From a virus, in IMG/VR virus record IMGVR_UViG_3300030618_000004: DNA of 64,000 bases; one strand, 5' to 3'. Under the pieces are notes generated by a model, which saw only the letters and a program-made list of their open reading frames with translations, was not told where the DNA came from and made no database searches. Both the position numbers and the translations under genes were made by a program. Positions 45,893-54,786 of the stretch are shown in pieces; position 1 is the stretch's first letter, and every line of letters starts with the position of its first letter.

Positions 45893-46185
45893 ATCTTCAC
45901 CTGTTCTATGATTGATTCTAGGTTGATGGTTTCGATAGCGTCGTCTTCGTCGGAATAGCGCAGGTTTTCGGTAACAGCTTCCAGAGTCTTTACAATAGTA
46001 GCCAATTGAATCTCGCGGACTTTTTCTGCCGATATGTATTCGACTGCTGGAAAGTTAGGAGGCAAATCCTCTTTTCTGGAAAGTTCAACATTGATAAATC
46101 CCATGAATCTGCCAGCGGTATCGGCTCTTCCCCAATTCCTTGTGTAGGCATAAACCCTATCCGGCCAGTTTTGGTTATTGCTCAT
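45889..46185 (-). CDS. hypothetical protein (98 aa)
   Basis: Operon-packed ORF with 4-nt overlap. Confidence 0.5.
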   Translation of the reverse strand: MSNNQNWPDRVYAYTRNWGRADTAGRFMGFINVELSRKEDLPPNFPAVEYISAEKVREIQLATIVKTLEAVTENLRYSDEDDAIETINLESIIEQVKI

Positions 46186-46402
46186 GATTTATCACCTTAT
46201 CAGCTTGTTTTGCTGAAATTTCCTCTCGATATAATTTAGCAATGCAATAATGCGTCATACTGGTTGCGTGTGGACACGGGCAGTTTGGGTATGTGCATTC
46301 GCCAGAAGTGTACTCAGGGGAAAAGTCGGAAAGCTTAAACGTTGCGTCTGGGTAAGGGCGAACATTACCAAGCTTATTTTGCCAGTCACTCATAATCCAC
46401 AC
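46175..46402 (-). CDS. hypothetical Cys-containing protein (75 aa; start may be MSDWQ at 46393)
   Basis: ORF only. Confidence 0.45.
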   Translation of the reverse strand: MWIMSDWQNKLGNVRPYPDATFKLSDFSPEYTSGECTYPNCPCPHATSMTHYCIAKLYREEISAKQADKVINHEQ

Positions 46403-46433
46403 TCCAGATTAGATGTTAGGTTATTGGTCATTT

Positions 46434-46661
46434 TTATTCGCTTTCTATCTTAAAAACCTGCTTTGCCCACGATTTATTTTTTAGATACATTGCGACAATG
46501 AAATAGAGATTTTTCGTTTTGTTGATAATTACTTCTTCTTTATCGGTTCCATAATTAAGAACGTCTTTTACCGAAGCTTTAAAAAATTTATCCGATTGGA
46601 CAATCAGTATTGTGTCGCCAATCTTGAATTGTCCGAACATATCAACCAAGACTAATTTCAT
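46434..46661 (-). CDS. hypothetical protein (75 aa)
   Basis: ORF only. Confidence 0.45.
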   Translation of the reverse strand: MKLVLVDMFGQFKIGDTILIVQSDKFFKASVKDVLNYGTDKEEVIINKTKNLYFIVAMYLKNKSWAKQVFKIESE

Positions 46662-47041
46662 TTTGTTTCTCCAAGATTAGTTAGCTTGGTAATGGCTGCT
46701 TTGATTTTTTTAAGCTCCGTTGTTCTGCAATCTATAACTTCATACCTACACGGATTCTCTTCATCAGCATTGTAAGCATCTGTCAATTCATTATCAGCAG
46801 CATCTTCCCCCAATTTCAAAGCCTCCAACAACTCCGCTTTCAGTTCGAAGGTTAGTGCTGGTGCTGCCCGTCCAGCATAACCAGAAATTATGTCAATAAT
46901 TATTTTCCTGCGTCGTGGGTAGTCGCGCTCCAGATTTTCCTTTAACAACGACTCGCAGTTATTTCCACTGCAAAGCAAAGCGCTATCAATTGCATCTGCG
47001 GCATTTTGTATCCACGCCACTGGCTCCGATTTATTGCTCAT
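46658..47041 (-). CDS. hypothetical protein (127 aa)
   Basis: ORF with 4-nt overlaps. Confidence 0.5.
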   Translation of the reverse strand: MSNKSEPVAWIQNAADAIDSALLCSGNNCESLLKENLERDYPRRRKIIIDIISGYAGRAAPALTFELKAELLEALKLGEDAADNELTDAYNADEENPCRYEVIDCRTTELKKIKAAITKLTNLGETK

Positions 47042-47301
47042 GATTGTCCTTTAAATTCACGGATTTTATCCACCACTTCCCAGATGAAATTATCAGGCGG
47101 AATACTTGCTTCCAACCGCTTAATGAGGTATTCGTCACGCTGCTCTGATCCTAACTGCATAGAGAGTTCGACCAAGGATTGAACTGCATCCATTAAATCT
47201 ACTGGACTCATTCCTTTAGCTGTCAAAATGGATGGATAGAAAGGATTTTTATTAAAACCAGACTTTGTTGCGAGTTCCAACACTGTTTTTTGATCGATCA
47301 T
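47038..47301 (-). CDS. hypothetical protein (87 aa)
   Basis: ORF. Its start codon context (gatcat) is duplicated at window positions 1-6, so a homolog probably lies just left of the window. Confidence 0.5.
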   Translation of the reverse strand: MIDQKTVLELATKSGFNKNPFYPSILTAKGMSPVDLMDAVQSLVELSMQLGSEQRDEYLIKRLEASIPPDNFIWEVVDKIREFKGQS

Positions 47302-47558
47302 GATTTATTCCTTGCGAGGATTGCTTCTGCGCATTCAAATGCGCTAGATAAGCGATGCTTACTTTCCGCTGCAAGTTGATTAAAGTCATTACATATTTTC
47401 AGACAAGAATCCCTCTCATGCTGCGCGACCAGTTCAGCAAAACGACAGAGTTCAATAAATGTAGTCGGTATGCCCAACTCTTTCCAGTCTGGCCAGTGGT
47501 CTGAAACTATCTGCATTTCAGCCGTTTTTGCCAGCTTCAATATATCGGCTTGGTTCAT
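47298..47558 (-). CDS. hypothetical early protein (86 aa), paralog of 3..263
   Basis: The start is placed at MNQADIL to match copy 1. The nucleotide sequence is near-identical over about 263 nt. Confidence 0.6.
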   Translation of the reverse strand: MNQADILKLAKTAEMQIVSDHWPDWKELGIPTTFIELCRFAELVAQHERDSCLKICNDFNQLAAESKHRLSSAFECAEAILARNKS

Positions 47559-47764
47559 GGCTTGTTCCTTTGTTTTGCTGAACGGTCTTTCCATGAAAAT
47601 AAACAAAAAAGAACAGATACCCCATTACATCCCATTTCGTTTCTATCTTCAAATTCAAGTTCAAGATCAAATTTCATTTCTTCTGGGATTGCTCCGCTAC
47701 CATCTGAAAAAGTATATGTGTTGGTATTTACATCAAAATTTGTCCTCCCTAGAAATGGAGTCAT
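47555..47764 (-). CDS. hypothetical protein (69 aa)
   Basis: ATGA overlaps at both ends. Confidence 0.4.
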   Translation of the reverse strand: MTPFLGRTNFDVNTNTYTFSDGSGAIPEEMKFDLELEFEDRNEMGCNGVSVLFCLFSWKDRSAKQRNKP

Positions 47765-47886
47765 ATCAATCCCTTAAGTGCAGAATCACAAATAGACCAA
47801 ACACAAAGCAGAACAAAAATAATTAAGAAAAGACCGATTGCAACTAGATCAATAATTGAATCGTCTGGGTCTTTGTCGTCTTCCAT
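47764..47886 (-). CDS. small membrane protein (40 aa, below the track cutoff)
   Basis: Hand-translated as MEDDKDPDDSIIDLVAIGLFLIIFVLLCVWSICDSALKGLI. Confidence 0.3.
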
Positions 47887-47889
47887 GAT

Positions 47890-48273
47890 TTAACTTTCTA
47901 AAGGTAACTGCGATTTAAAAGATTCAGTGCATGCATTGCTTAAAACGTGTTCCAATCTGGATATCCACGCATCTAAGCTTTCCGATTGATTCTTAACCAG
48001 GTCACTACGCTGATTGAGAATAATTTTTGGTTTGTATGAAACGTACATTTCGGGCCAGTGTTCAGTGCCGCGATACAAGCGAATTGAACGTAAAATTTCC
48101 ACCAACCAAACCAATCGTTTTAATTCAAACGTGATGTTCTGCCACTTCTCACTCGGGTATGCCACGTGTAGGTAGCAAAACCACTCCTTAGCGCCATTGG
48201 TGCTGTGTGATGATGTTCCTAGCATAGGGCATCCAAACGCGGCGCAATCGCAATAGACGTGGTTTTGGCTCAT
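47890..48273 (-). CDS. hypothetical Cys/His-containing protein (127 aa)
   Basis: ORF only. Confidence 0.5.
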   Translation of the reverse strand: MSQNHVYCDCAAFGCPMLGTSSHSTNGAKEWFCYLHVAYPSEKWQNITFELKRLVWLVEILRSIRLYRGTEHWPEMYVSYKPKIILNQRSDLVKNQSESLDAWISRLEHVLSNACTESFKSQLPLES

Positions 48274-48509
48274 GATTTATCCTCGAACCACGAACCATCA
48301 ACCCCGCAAACAGTATTAGGGCTAATCATAAATTCTGGGTCTCTCAGTAGATTCAAGGAATAGCGAGGATCCCTGTAACCCAACACTAGAGAAATCGGCA
48401 TATTTTTTTCATTCGAACAATAAGCCCGATTACTAACAGGAACCAAGAAAGATGGTTCTACTTCCGGAACGAAATATTTGCAATTAACGCACAACTTTAA
48501 ATCGCTCAT
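48270..48509 (-). CDS. hypothetical Cys-containing protein (79 aa)
   Basis: CVNCKYF...YCSN...VCG pattern. ORF only. Confidence 0.5.
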   Translation of the reverse strand: MSDLKLCVNCKYFVPEVEPSFLVPVSNRAYCSNEKNMPISLVLGYRDPRYSLNLLRDPEFMISPNTVCGVDGSWFEDKS

Positions 48510-48649
48510 GATTTAACCTCAATCGTAGTTTTAGTCATATCCTCGACGGTCGCGTCGCGCCAGTATCCACCTTGACTGTTATTGAAAAAAATTTGAAGAA
48601 TTAAAACGTAAGCACCCTTCTCAACGCCGACTCGGTATCTGATGGTCAT
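48506..48649 (-). CDS. small hypothetical protein (47 aa, below the track cutoff)
   Basis: Hand-translated as MTIRYRVGVEKGAYVLILQIFFNNSQGGYWRDATVEDMTKTTIEVKS. ATGA overlap downstream. Confidence 0.3.
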   Translation of the reverse strand: MTIRYRVGVEKGAYVLILQIFFNNSQGGYWRDATVEDMTKTTIEVKS

Positions 48650-48651
48650 GA

Positions 48652-49323
48652 TTAGCTAACTCCGGATGGTTGTACAGGCTTAATTTTGATTGAATTTAAG
48701 AGCTTCTTGACTTCCTCTTTACCGTTACCGTTTTTGTTTGAATTCGTTAGCAAAGGATGCTCAGTAACGCCGGAAATTCGCAAAATGTTTTCTGCGCACT
48801 CGGGCAGAATCTTGACCGCGTGATCAATGCTGATTAAGCCGTCCTTAACCGCATCACACAAAACAGATTCACGTCCTCCGCGATCAGAACCAGAGGAAAG
48901 AAAATAAACCGGCTTACGACCTTCCAACTTCGCGCGTTCGATCAATCGATCGTACGCGTCGCGAAATGCCATCCGTGCCGCGTTCGATTCACCTTGCTCG
49001 AGCAACGGTGTAGCGTAGGACATGGCTTGGGAAATTTCATTCGTCATCAGAGCGCTTTCACTTTCCGATTGCGGCATTTTCGCCCAAGCTTCGTCGGCAC
49101 CCAACCATGTACCCGGGCATTGAATCTCGCAACCGTGAATGATTTCCGACAGCTGCGGCTTAAACTTGCTTGTGGCAATGAAATGCTGGGCCGACTTCAT
49201 GACGCTTCCCTTCGGATAACTGGACAGCTTGTAGAACCACATAGCCAGTCTGGATCCATCGAAAGCTGGCATGTCGTACTCTGCTGTCAGCAGCGCTATC
49301 GCTTGTGAAATTTCATTTTTCAT
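48652..49323 (-). CDS. putative helicase loader (G39P-like N-terminal domain)
   Basis: SAQHFIATSKFKPQLSEIIHG resembles the G39P loader signature. It lies directly downstream of the initiator gene. Confidence 0.55.
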   Translation of the reverse strand: MKNEISQAIALLTAEYDMPAFDGSRLAMWFYKLSSYPKGSVMKSAQHFIATSKFKPQLSEIIHGCEIQCPGTWLGADEAWAKMPQSESESALMTNEISQAMSYATPLLEQGESNAARMAFRDAYDRLIERAKLEGRKPVYFLSSGSDRGGRESVLCDAVKDGLISIDHAVKILPECAENILRISGVTEHPLLTNSNKNGNGKEEVKKLLNSIKIKPVQPSGVS

Positions 49324-50177
49324 GAATGCTTCTCCAAAAATAAATTCATGTTTTCCAACGTCTTACGCCTGTTTTCACTCATGTCAGAATTCAAAATGAC
49401 GCCGCGTTCGGCCATTTTTATAAAACTATCAAGTTTTACCGCCGTACGACAAATTAATTCAATGTCATCAAAAACGGTGTTTCTGTCATTTTTACCTTGA
49501 CTGAATGGATCGATAAAACACCCATCGATGGCTTTGCAAATTTCTCCCACTGTGTAACCGTCAAGCAAACGGGCTTTGATCGCCCTTAATCTTTTTGAAT
49601 CCAGTTTGGCATTTGGATGATTTAATTTTAATTGCCAATATTCAAAAATTTCTTCGACTTCCAAATTTGTGCTTGGAGTTATTTTTTTTTGTGGTTCAAC
49701 TGGACTGTGCTTTTCTCCTTCCCTTCCCTTCCCTTCCCATTCCCTTCCCTTCCCTTCCCCTTGGAAAAGATCGGCACGCGTAGTTGACGCGTGCTTCACG
49801 CGTGCTTCACGCGTTGGAACCCATATCTGGCTTAGTTCTTCGTGAGGTGATGGTATTTTAGATGCGCTTTCTTTATTATTTATCACTTGATGTTTTGACC
49901 ACGAAGGAATGAACCCGTAAATCTTGTTTTCTGACGTGTATTTAGAAATAAATCCACGCGTGAACAACGCGTCAAGCACGCGTGAAAAATCTAATTCATC
50001 GTGAGGCAGGCAGTCTAATTTTAGTGTTTTTGGGAGCCATTCGAATCGGCCTTCACGGTCACACGCCGTGAAAAGTCCTGCAAATGCAACTCTCATAGGT
50101 AATCCAGTTTCCTTCTCAAGGTCATAAAGACCCTCGTGTCTGAAAAAATCTGGTTTGACGGTTCTAATGCGGCCCAT
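49320..50177 (-). CDS. replication initiator-like protein carrying internal iterons
   Basis: N-terminal IRTVKPDFFRHEGLYDL...FTACDREGRFEW...IPSWSKHQVINNKE, and C-terminal FEYWQLKLNHPNAKLDSKRLRAIKARL. ACGCGT iterons lie inside the gene. Confidence 0.65.
   Translation of the reverse strand: MGRIRTVKPDFFRHEGLYDLEKETGLPMRVAFAGLFTACDREGRFEWLPKTLKLDCLPHDELDFSRVLDALFTRGFISKYTSENKIYGFIPSWSKHQVINNKESASKIPSPHEELSQIWVPTREARVKHASTTRADLFQGEGKGREWEGKGREGEKHSPVEPQKKITPSTNLEVEEIFEYWQLKLNHPNAKLDSKRLRAIKARLLDGYTVGEICKAIDGCFIDPFSQGKNDRNTVFDDIELICRTAVKLDSFIKMAERGVILNSDMSENRRKTLENMNLFLEKHS
49719..49759. repeat. (TTCCC)4-A-(TTCCC)4 pentanucleotide tract
   Basis: Read directly from the sequence. On the coding strand it is (GGGAA)n, encoding GKGREWEGKGREGE. 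Confidence 0.9.
49776..49983. promoter_or_regulatory. candidate replication origin: seven ACGCGT sites in two 11-bp-phased clusters
   Basis: ACGCGT occurs at 49776, 49787, 49798 and 49809, and again at 49956, 49967 and 49978. Spacing within each cluster is exactly 11 bp. Confidence 0.6.
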
Positions 50178-50186
50178 AATTTAAAG

Positions 50187-50278
50187 TACTTTCAGGAAGA
50201 GGCTTACGGGTAAAGTAAGCAAGACTGAAAACTGGACGACGGACAGGACGCAGCCTATGTCACTTCCTGAAAATACTC
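50187..50278 (-). promoter_or_regulatory. long imperfect hairpin in the leader of the initiator operon
   Basis: gtactttcaggaag (50187-50200) pairs with cttcctgaaaatac (50265-50278) at 13 of 14 positions. The stem is extended by aggct/agcct, with an inner gcttac-N7-gtaagc hairpin. Confidence 0.4.
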
Positions 50279-50340
50279 TAAAATTTGATTTCATTTTTGT
50301 CTATCGTCTGAGGTTATGGATTACCAGCCCATATTTCGAA

Positions 50341-50368
50341 TCATAAACTTACGACTAGTAATGTCAAG
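50341..50368 (-). promoter_or_regulatory. candidate promoter (TTGACA-N16-TATGAT)
   Basis: The reverse complement reads TTGACATTACTAGTCGTAAGTTTATGAT, in the 195-nt gap between rusA and the initiator gene. Confidence 0.5.
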
Positions 50369-50372
50369 AACT

Positions 50373-50807
50373 TTATGCCGGTTCGCCGTCAAGTTCTTTG
50401 ATAAATATGACAACTCGTTGATTATCGGAATAGTCTTTTTGCACGATTAATCGAATAACTTGGGCGTCATCTTTCCAACATTTTTCATTTAAAGCATCAG
50501 AAATTAATTTGACACAGTTGTCAAGATCGGGCTTTGAAGTTGGCTTAATCAAGCCTTGTGAAGCCATCAGGCGGCGTTTTTTAGACCAACTGGCAGGTAT
50601 GGTCATGCAGAAGTGCAAAGAAAGCTCTATAGGCCTTACACTGGCACCCATCAACGACATTGCTTCACGTGCGTAACCCTGAATACGTTTTTCTTCATTC
50701 ACCGTTTTTTCTGGCGTATAAGTCGAAACGAAATTACCGCGACGTGCGAATTTTGGTCTTTGCTTGGCTACAGGTTGACCGGGAACCACAAATTTGATTT
50801 CCATCAC
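50373..50807 (-). CDS. rusA: Holliday junction resolvase RusA
   Basis: VPGQPVAKQRPKF and KPDLDNCVKLISDALN motifs. Confidence 0.85.
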   Translation of the reverse strand: MMEIKFVVPGQPVAKQRPKFARRGNFVSTYTPEKTVNEEKRIQGYAREAMSLMGASVRPIELSLHFCMTIPASWSKKRRLMASQGLIKPTSKPDLDNCVKLISDALNEKCWKDDAQVIRLIVQKDYSDNQRVVIFIKELDGEPA

Positions 50808-51169
50808 ATCAATCCCTTAGTTTTCAAAATAGCTTGGCTTACTTCTCTAGCAACGTTAAACCGGCCCCGTACATAATCGCGATCAACACCAAAATGTACA
50901 TAACCTCCGTCATACCAAGCATGACAACTAAAACAGGCAAAACACCCCTCTTCGTCACGAGCCTTGATACCAATTCCTTTACCGTCTTCGGTCTCGTTTG
51001 AATGCGCCCATACAACTGTTTCGGTTTCATTTGTGCATACTCCTTCAATTTTTAAGGTGCATTTTTGACCTTTGGCAGACTGGCGAATCTTCGATGTTTT
51101 TGGACGTGATTTTTTCATCGCCGTTCTTTTCATCGGTTTTGTGCTTGGTTTCATCGCAGATCGTTTCAT
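50804..51169 (-). CDS. YbcO/DUF1364-like putative nuclease
   Basis: KCTLKIEGVCTNETETVVWAHSN...GCFACFSCHAWYDGG. The family name is from memory. Confidence 0.55.
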   Translation of the reverse strand: MKRSAMKPSTKPMKRTAMKKSRPKTSKIRQSAKGQKCTLKIEGVCTNETETVVWAHSNETEDGKGIGIKARDEEGCFACFSCHAWYDGGYVHFGVDRDYVRGRFNVAREVSQAILKTKGLM

Positions 51170-51348
51170 TTCAACGAATATCCCACATAAAAATTAACAT
51201 GGTCCCTGATGGTACTTTCACCGACGCCATATTTACGGGCCAACGAAGCATAACCAAATCCGCGCTTGCCAGGTTTGTATTCCTGGCGTATTGCGCGAAT
51301 CTGATCGAGTGTTAATGATTTACGCCTCGTCATCGAATAAATCTCCAT
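51166..51348 (-). CDS. small HTH protein
   Basis: GYASLARKYGVGESTIRDHV. Confidence 0.5.
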   Translation of the reverse strand: MEIYSMTRRKSLTLDQIRAIRQEYKPGKRGFGYASLARKYGVGESTIRDHVNFYVGYSLK

Positions 51349-53575
51349 TCAATGATTTTGCTTGATGCATGTTTTTTACAGCTTGTTCGTAATAACTTGG
51401 CTTTAATTCGCTGCCAATGAATCTACGTCCCATTTTTACTGCCGTAAATCCTTCGCTACCAACTCCAGTAAAAGGACTGAATACCAAATCATCCGGTGCT
51501 GTCCATAAATCCATCGCACGTTCAATTACATCTAACTGTAACGGGCATATATGCTTAACATCATCTTCCTCTCTCGCATCACGGAAATTGAGAGTTCTGG
51601 ATTGGTCAATATCAAACCATACGGGCGAGGCATAACGCTGCCACATAGTCACTGGAAATTCTTCTGCGGTATGGCTGATAAACTTCTCATTCTGTCCTGG
51701 CTTGCGAAAAATAACCAGATAGTCAGCTAATCCCTGCCGAGACATTGAGCTGTCTTTTTTAATCGTTTTGTGTAGAAGCCCAAGTGCTTTAGTGCGTTGC
51801 ATTGCAACTACTGGGTCTTTCCATATACACACTTCTGAATGATAGATAAATCCTGCTTTTTGATGTGCGCGGATAATGTCGCCACGGAAATCACGGATAC
51901 CTATAAATCCATCATTGGCCTTTGATGTGGTCAGGTTCATACAATGCACGGCGACAAGTCGTCCAGCTTTCATCATCCTGAAATTTTGCTCAATCAAAAA
52001 CTGATAATGAATCTGAAACGCTTCCGATGATTTATTATTTCCCATATCACGGTCAGAATTTGAATAAGTGAACAGTGACTCAAAAGGCGGAGAGTAGATT
52101 GTAAAATCAACAGATTCATCCGGTATTTCCTTGGATAAATCAATGCAATCGGAATTATGGATTGTCCACTTATCTGTTTCTGTTACTTGACGCACATACT
52201 CGGTCTTTTCGTTGGATAATCCGAATATTTCTTTTTTCATTGATTCAGACATATATTTAACCATTTCTGCGCCCATCAGCGCGTTTTGTTCTTCTTTGCG
52301 TTTAATATTAGCAACGACTGCGCCTTCCGATTCTGCGCTGATCACATGCACATTCACTTCGTGCGTTTGTCCAAATCGGTAAAACCGTCGAATAGCCTGG
52401 TAGTATTGCTCCCATGAATCGGACAATCCAACAAATGCAGTATTGAAACAATGCTGGAAATTCATACCCGCACCAAGAATCTTTGGCTTGCTGACCAAAA
52501 CACGAATAGACCCATCAATAAATCCATCGACAGATTGCTCTTTATGCTCAATTGAATCACTGCCAGATACATCAACTGCGCCATCAATTAACTTGCATAG
52601 CTTTTCAGCTTCTTCGTTACGATGACACCATATAACAAATTGCTCTGAGCTAGAATTAACTACATCAGCACATTTTGCGACACGATCATCAATTGATTCT
52701 TTTCTAGCTTGATTTCTTTCCATTAAGCCTGAAGCAATGTCAGCAAACAATCCATCAGTTGATTTTGATTCGACCACGTGATCAAACATATTCAACTTTG
52801 GCAAAACATATGCAGAGCCATCGAATCCAAGATCAGCAGGGCTACGAATCACACAAGACCAAGTAGATAACCATTCCCAGAACTTAGCCTTACCATGCCC
52901 CTTTAAAACCCATGTCCCAGTATCGCCGGCATCATTGATAAAGAACATAGCTAACATTTCAGTCATCGTCATAATTCCTAAGAATTCGGCCTGATTGCCT
53001 AATTCCATAAAATCATTTGGTGAAGGTGTAGCTGTGCAACTCAATCGATATGGCACTTGTTGACATGCCGAAATAATCGCATTTCGTGTTTTGCCATCAC
53101 GGTTTTTAATGATTGAAGATTCATCTAAAACAATACCGTGATAATCATCGAGATTAAATTTATCCAGCATTTCATAGTTAGTAATGTTGATTCCTGGCTT
53201 CGCATGTTCCTGATCGCGGCAAAAGTTAATATCAATGCCAAACTTTTGACCCTCTCGCACGGTCTGCTGTGCGACGCATAACGGCGCAACAATCAGAACA
53301 TCACCATCGGTATATTTGACTACCTGATATGCCCATGAAGTTTGCATCAATGTTTTGCCAAGACCAGTATCAGCAAATATCGCCGCACGACCACGTTTTA
53401 AAGCCCATTTAACTATGACGCGTTGAAAATCAAATAAATTCGAATTCAACTCAGTTAAATCAACATCAAATCCAGAAATAATCGGTGTTATTTTCTTCTG
53501 TTCTAAAAATTCGGCGTAATCCATAATTTCCCTAGTCGGCAAAGTGCTTGTCATGTATCGATTCCATCGTTTCAA
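51320..53575 (-). CDS. SNF2-family helicase fused to a beta-class N6A/N4C DNA methyltransferase
   Basis: Helicase motifs ADTGLGKT and VLDESS. Methyltransferase motif IV IYSPPF precedes motif I FSPFTGVGSEG. The start may instead be MDYAEF at 53524, which avoids overlap with the upstream gene. Confidence 0.8.
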   Translation of the reverse strand: MKRWNRYMTSTLPTREIMDYAEFLEQKKITPIISGFDVDLTELNSNLFDFQRVIVKWALKRGRAAIFADTGLGKTLMQTSWAYQVVKYTDGDVLIVAPLCVAQQTVREGQKFGIDINFCRDQEHAKPGINITNYEMLDKFNLDDYHGIVLDESSIIKNRDGKTRNAIISACQQVPYRLSCTATPSPNDFMELGNQAEFLGIMTMTEMLAMFFINDAGDTGTWVLKGHGKAKFWEWLSTWSCVIRSPADLGFDGSAYVLPKLNMFDHVVESKSTDGLFADIASGLMERNQARKESIDDRVAKCADVVNSSSEQFVIWCHRNEEAEKLCKLIDGAVDVSGSDSIEHKEQSVDGFIDGSIRVLVSKPKILGAGMNFQHCFNTAFVGLSDSWEQYYQAIRRFYRFGQTHEVNVHVISAESEGAVVANIKRKEEQNALMGAEMVKYMSESMKKEIFGLSNEKTEYVRQVTETDKWTIHNSDCIDLSKEIPDESVDFTIYSPPFESLFTYSNSDRDMGNNKSSEAFQIHYQFLIEQNFRMMKAGRLVAVHCMNLTTSKANDGFIGIRDFRGDIIRAHQKAGFIYHSEVCIWKDPVVAMQRTKALGLLHKTIKKDSSMSRQGLADYLVIFRKPGQNEKFISHTAEEFPVTMWQRYASPVWFDIDQSRTLNFRDAREEDDVKHICPLQLDVIERAMDLWTAPDDLVFSPFTGVGSEGFTAVKMGRRFIGSELKPSYYEQAVKNMHQAKSLNGDLFDDEA

Positions 53576-53720
53576 TCTGATTAGGACTCAACGAAGCGGT
53601 TACAGTGCCTTGTTTGGTCTGATTCCAGATTGATTTGATGAAATTATTTTGCCACGGCGTGAGATCCTTGGTATCTACCATTCCGTGGAGTTTTTGTAAT
53701 CCGGTTTTGATGTTTTTCAT
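53532..53720 (-). CDS. hypothetical protein (62 aa)
   Basis: ORF only. Confidence 0.45.
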   Translation of the reverse strand: MKNIKTGLQKLHGMVDTKDLTPWQNNFIKSIWNQTKQGTVTASLSPNQIETMESIHDKHFAD

Positions 53721-54265
53721 TCTATGTACTCATCGTGTGAAACAAACTTTCCATCGTCCAGAAAGAAACCCCATTTCTGAACATACCTGAACGTGATAAA
53801 TAAAGTAGTGACCGGAACTGGTTTGACTTGAAAAACTCGAATATGTCCAGCGTCTACAAATTCACCAGTTAGCACTTCATTCAAAACAAGTCGATGCCTG
53901 GATTTCTCTGTTCTAAACAGAATTGATCCAGCACTGTATTTTTTAGATCGTTCTCCATCTGCTTCGGGCGTCACTTCCTGATACCCGCCCTTCAAAATGA
54001 TCGAACAAAATTTCCATGGATGATTGTGCATGTGTCGATCTGAATCGGACCGTAAAATTTCATGCACACGAACAGCAATTCCGAAGCACTGGATAAATCT
54101 GGCGATAGGACGCTTACGCCAAGAAACATATCCGCATCCCTGCTTACCGGCCAGCTTGCCAACGTATGGAACCAACCAGTAACGGTTCATATATCCGTCA
54201 AGATGGAAATAAGGTGTTTTCTTTGATCGTTCGATCAAGTAATCAGCAATTCGATTCAACATCAA
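53717..54265 (-). CDS. hypothetical protein (182 aa) with an HNHPW motif
   Basis: ORF. DRHMHNHPWKFCSIILKGGY. No family assigned. Confidence 0.5.
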   Translation of the reverse strand: MMLNRIADYLIERSKKTPYFHLDGYMNRYWLVPYVGKLAGKQGCGYVSWRKRPIARFIQCFGIAVRVHEILRSDSDRHMHNHPWKFCSIILKGGYQEVTPEADGERSKKYSAGSILFRTEKSRHRLVLNEVLTGEFVDAGHIRVFQVKPVPVTTLFITFRYVQKWGFFLDDGKFVSHDEYIE

Positions 54266-54786
54266 TGAAGCCTTTCAAATGACTTTAAAATTTCATTCAT
54301 CGAGATATCTGAAATAGTAGAAGACAGCGATGGCCAGAGTATTTTCTGAGCGTGTTCGGTACGAAAAAAATTACATGCGTCTTCGTGAAATAATCGCATT
54401 TCATCTTCGGAGCAGTCGTCAAAATTAACTGACTTCGGTACCGGAATTAATTCACCATCGCCGTTAGGAACGTAGTCAACAAAACCAGCGCCCAGCTTTA
54501 CCCACGAACGAAATATTCTGAAATCTTCGAACGTCTCTTGCTGCTCGAAAATCACAGACATCATTTTCATGTGTCCACGGTGAAATACGCCCGAACGCTG
54601 GCGCCATAGTTTGATTAGAAAGTATTCGCCTTCCGCAGCGTCGTTCAAAGAACCGCAGAACCGACGCCAAGCCCTCTTATCCACCAAGTTCAAACCATCG
54701 ATATACTCAAACAAAAAACGACGCACAACCGATGCTTCCTGATCAGTCATTTTGTTGTCTGTCTGTTTTACAAGCACGATTTCCAA
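54262..54786 (-). CDS. DUF1367-like protein (paralog class of 13352..13813)
   Basis: VFHRGHMKMMSVIFEQ...VKLGAGF...KSVNFDDCSEDEM parallels the unit A protein. Confidence 0.55.
   Translation of the reverse strand: MEIVLVKQTDNKMTDQEASVVRRFLFEYIDGLNLVDKRAWRRFCGSLNDAAEGEYFLIKLWRQRSGVFHRGHMKMMSVIFEQQETFEDFRIFRSWVKLGAGFVDYVPNGDGELIPVPKSVNFDDCSEDEMRLFHEDACNFFRTEHAQKILWPSLSSTISDISMNEILKSFERLH

Noticed and set aside
1-47560. The 47.3-kb spacing of the direct repeat, read as evidence for a concatemer or circularly permuted single genome.
   Set aside because: Similarity ends after about 263 nt. The sequence following position 263 (the C5 methyltransferase) is unrelated to that following 47560, so the window is not a tandem duplication of one genome.
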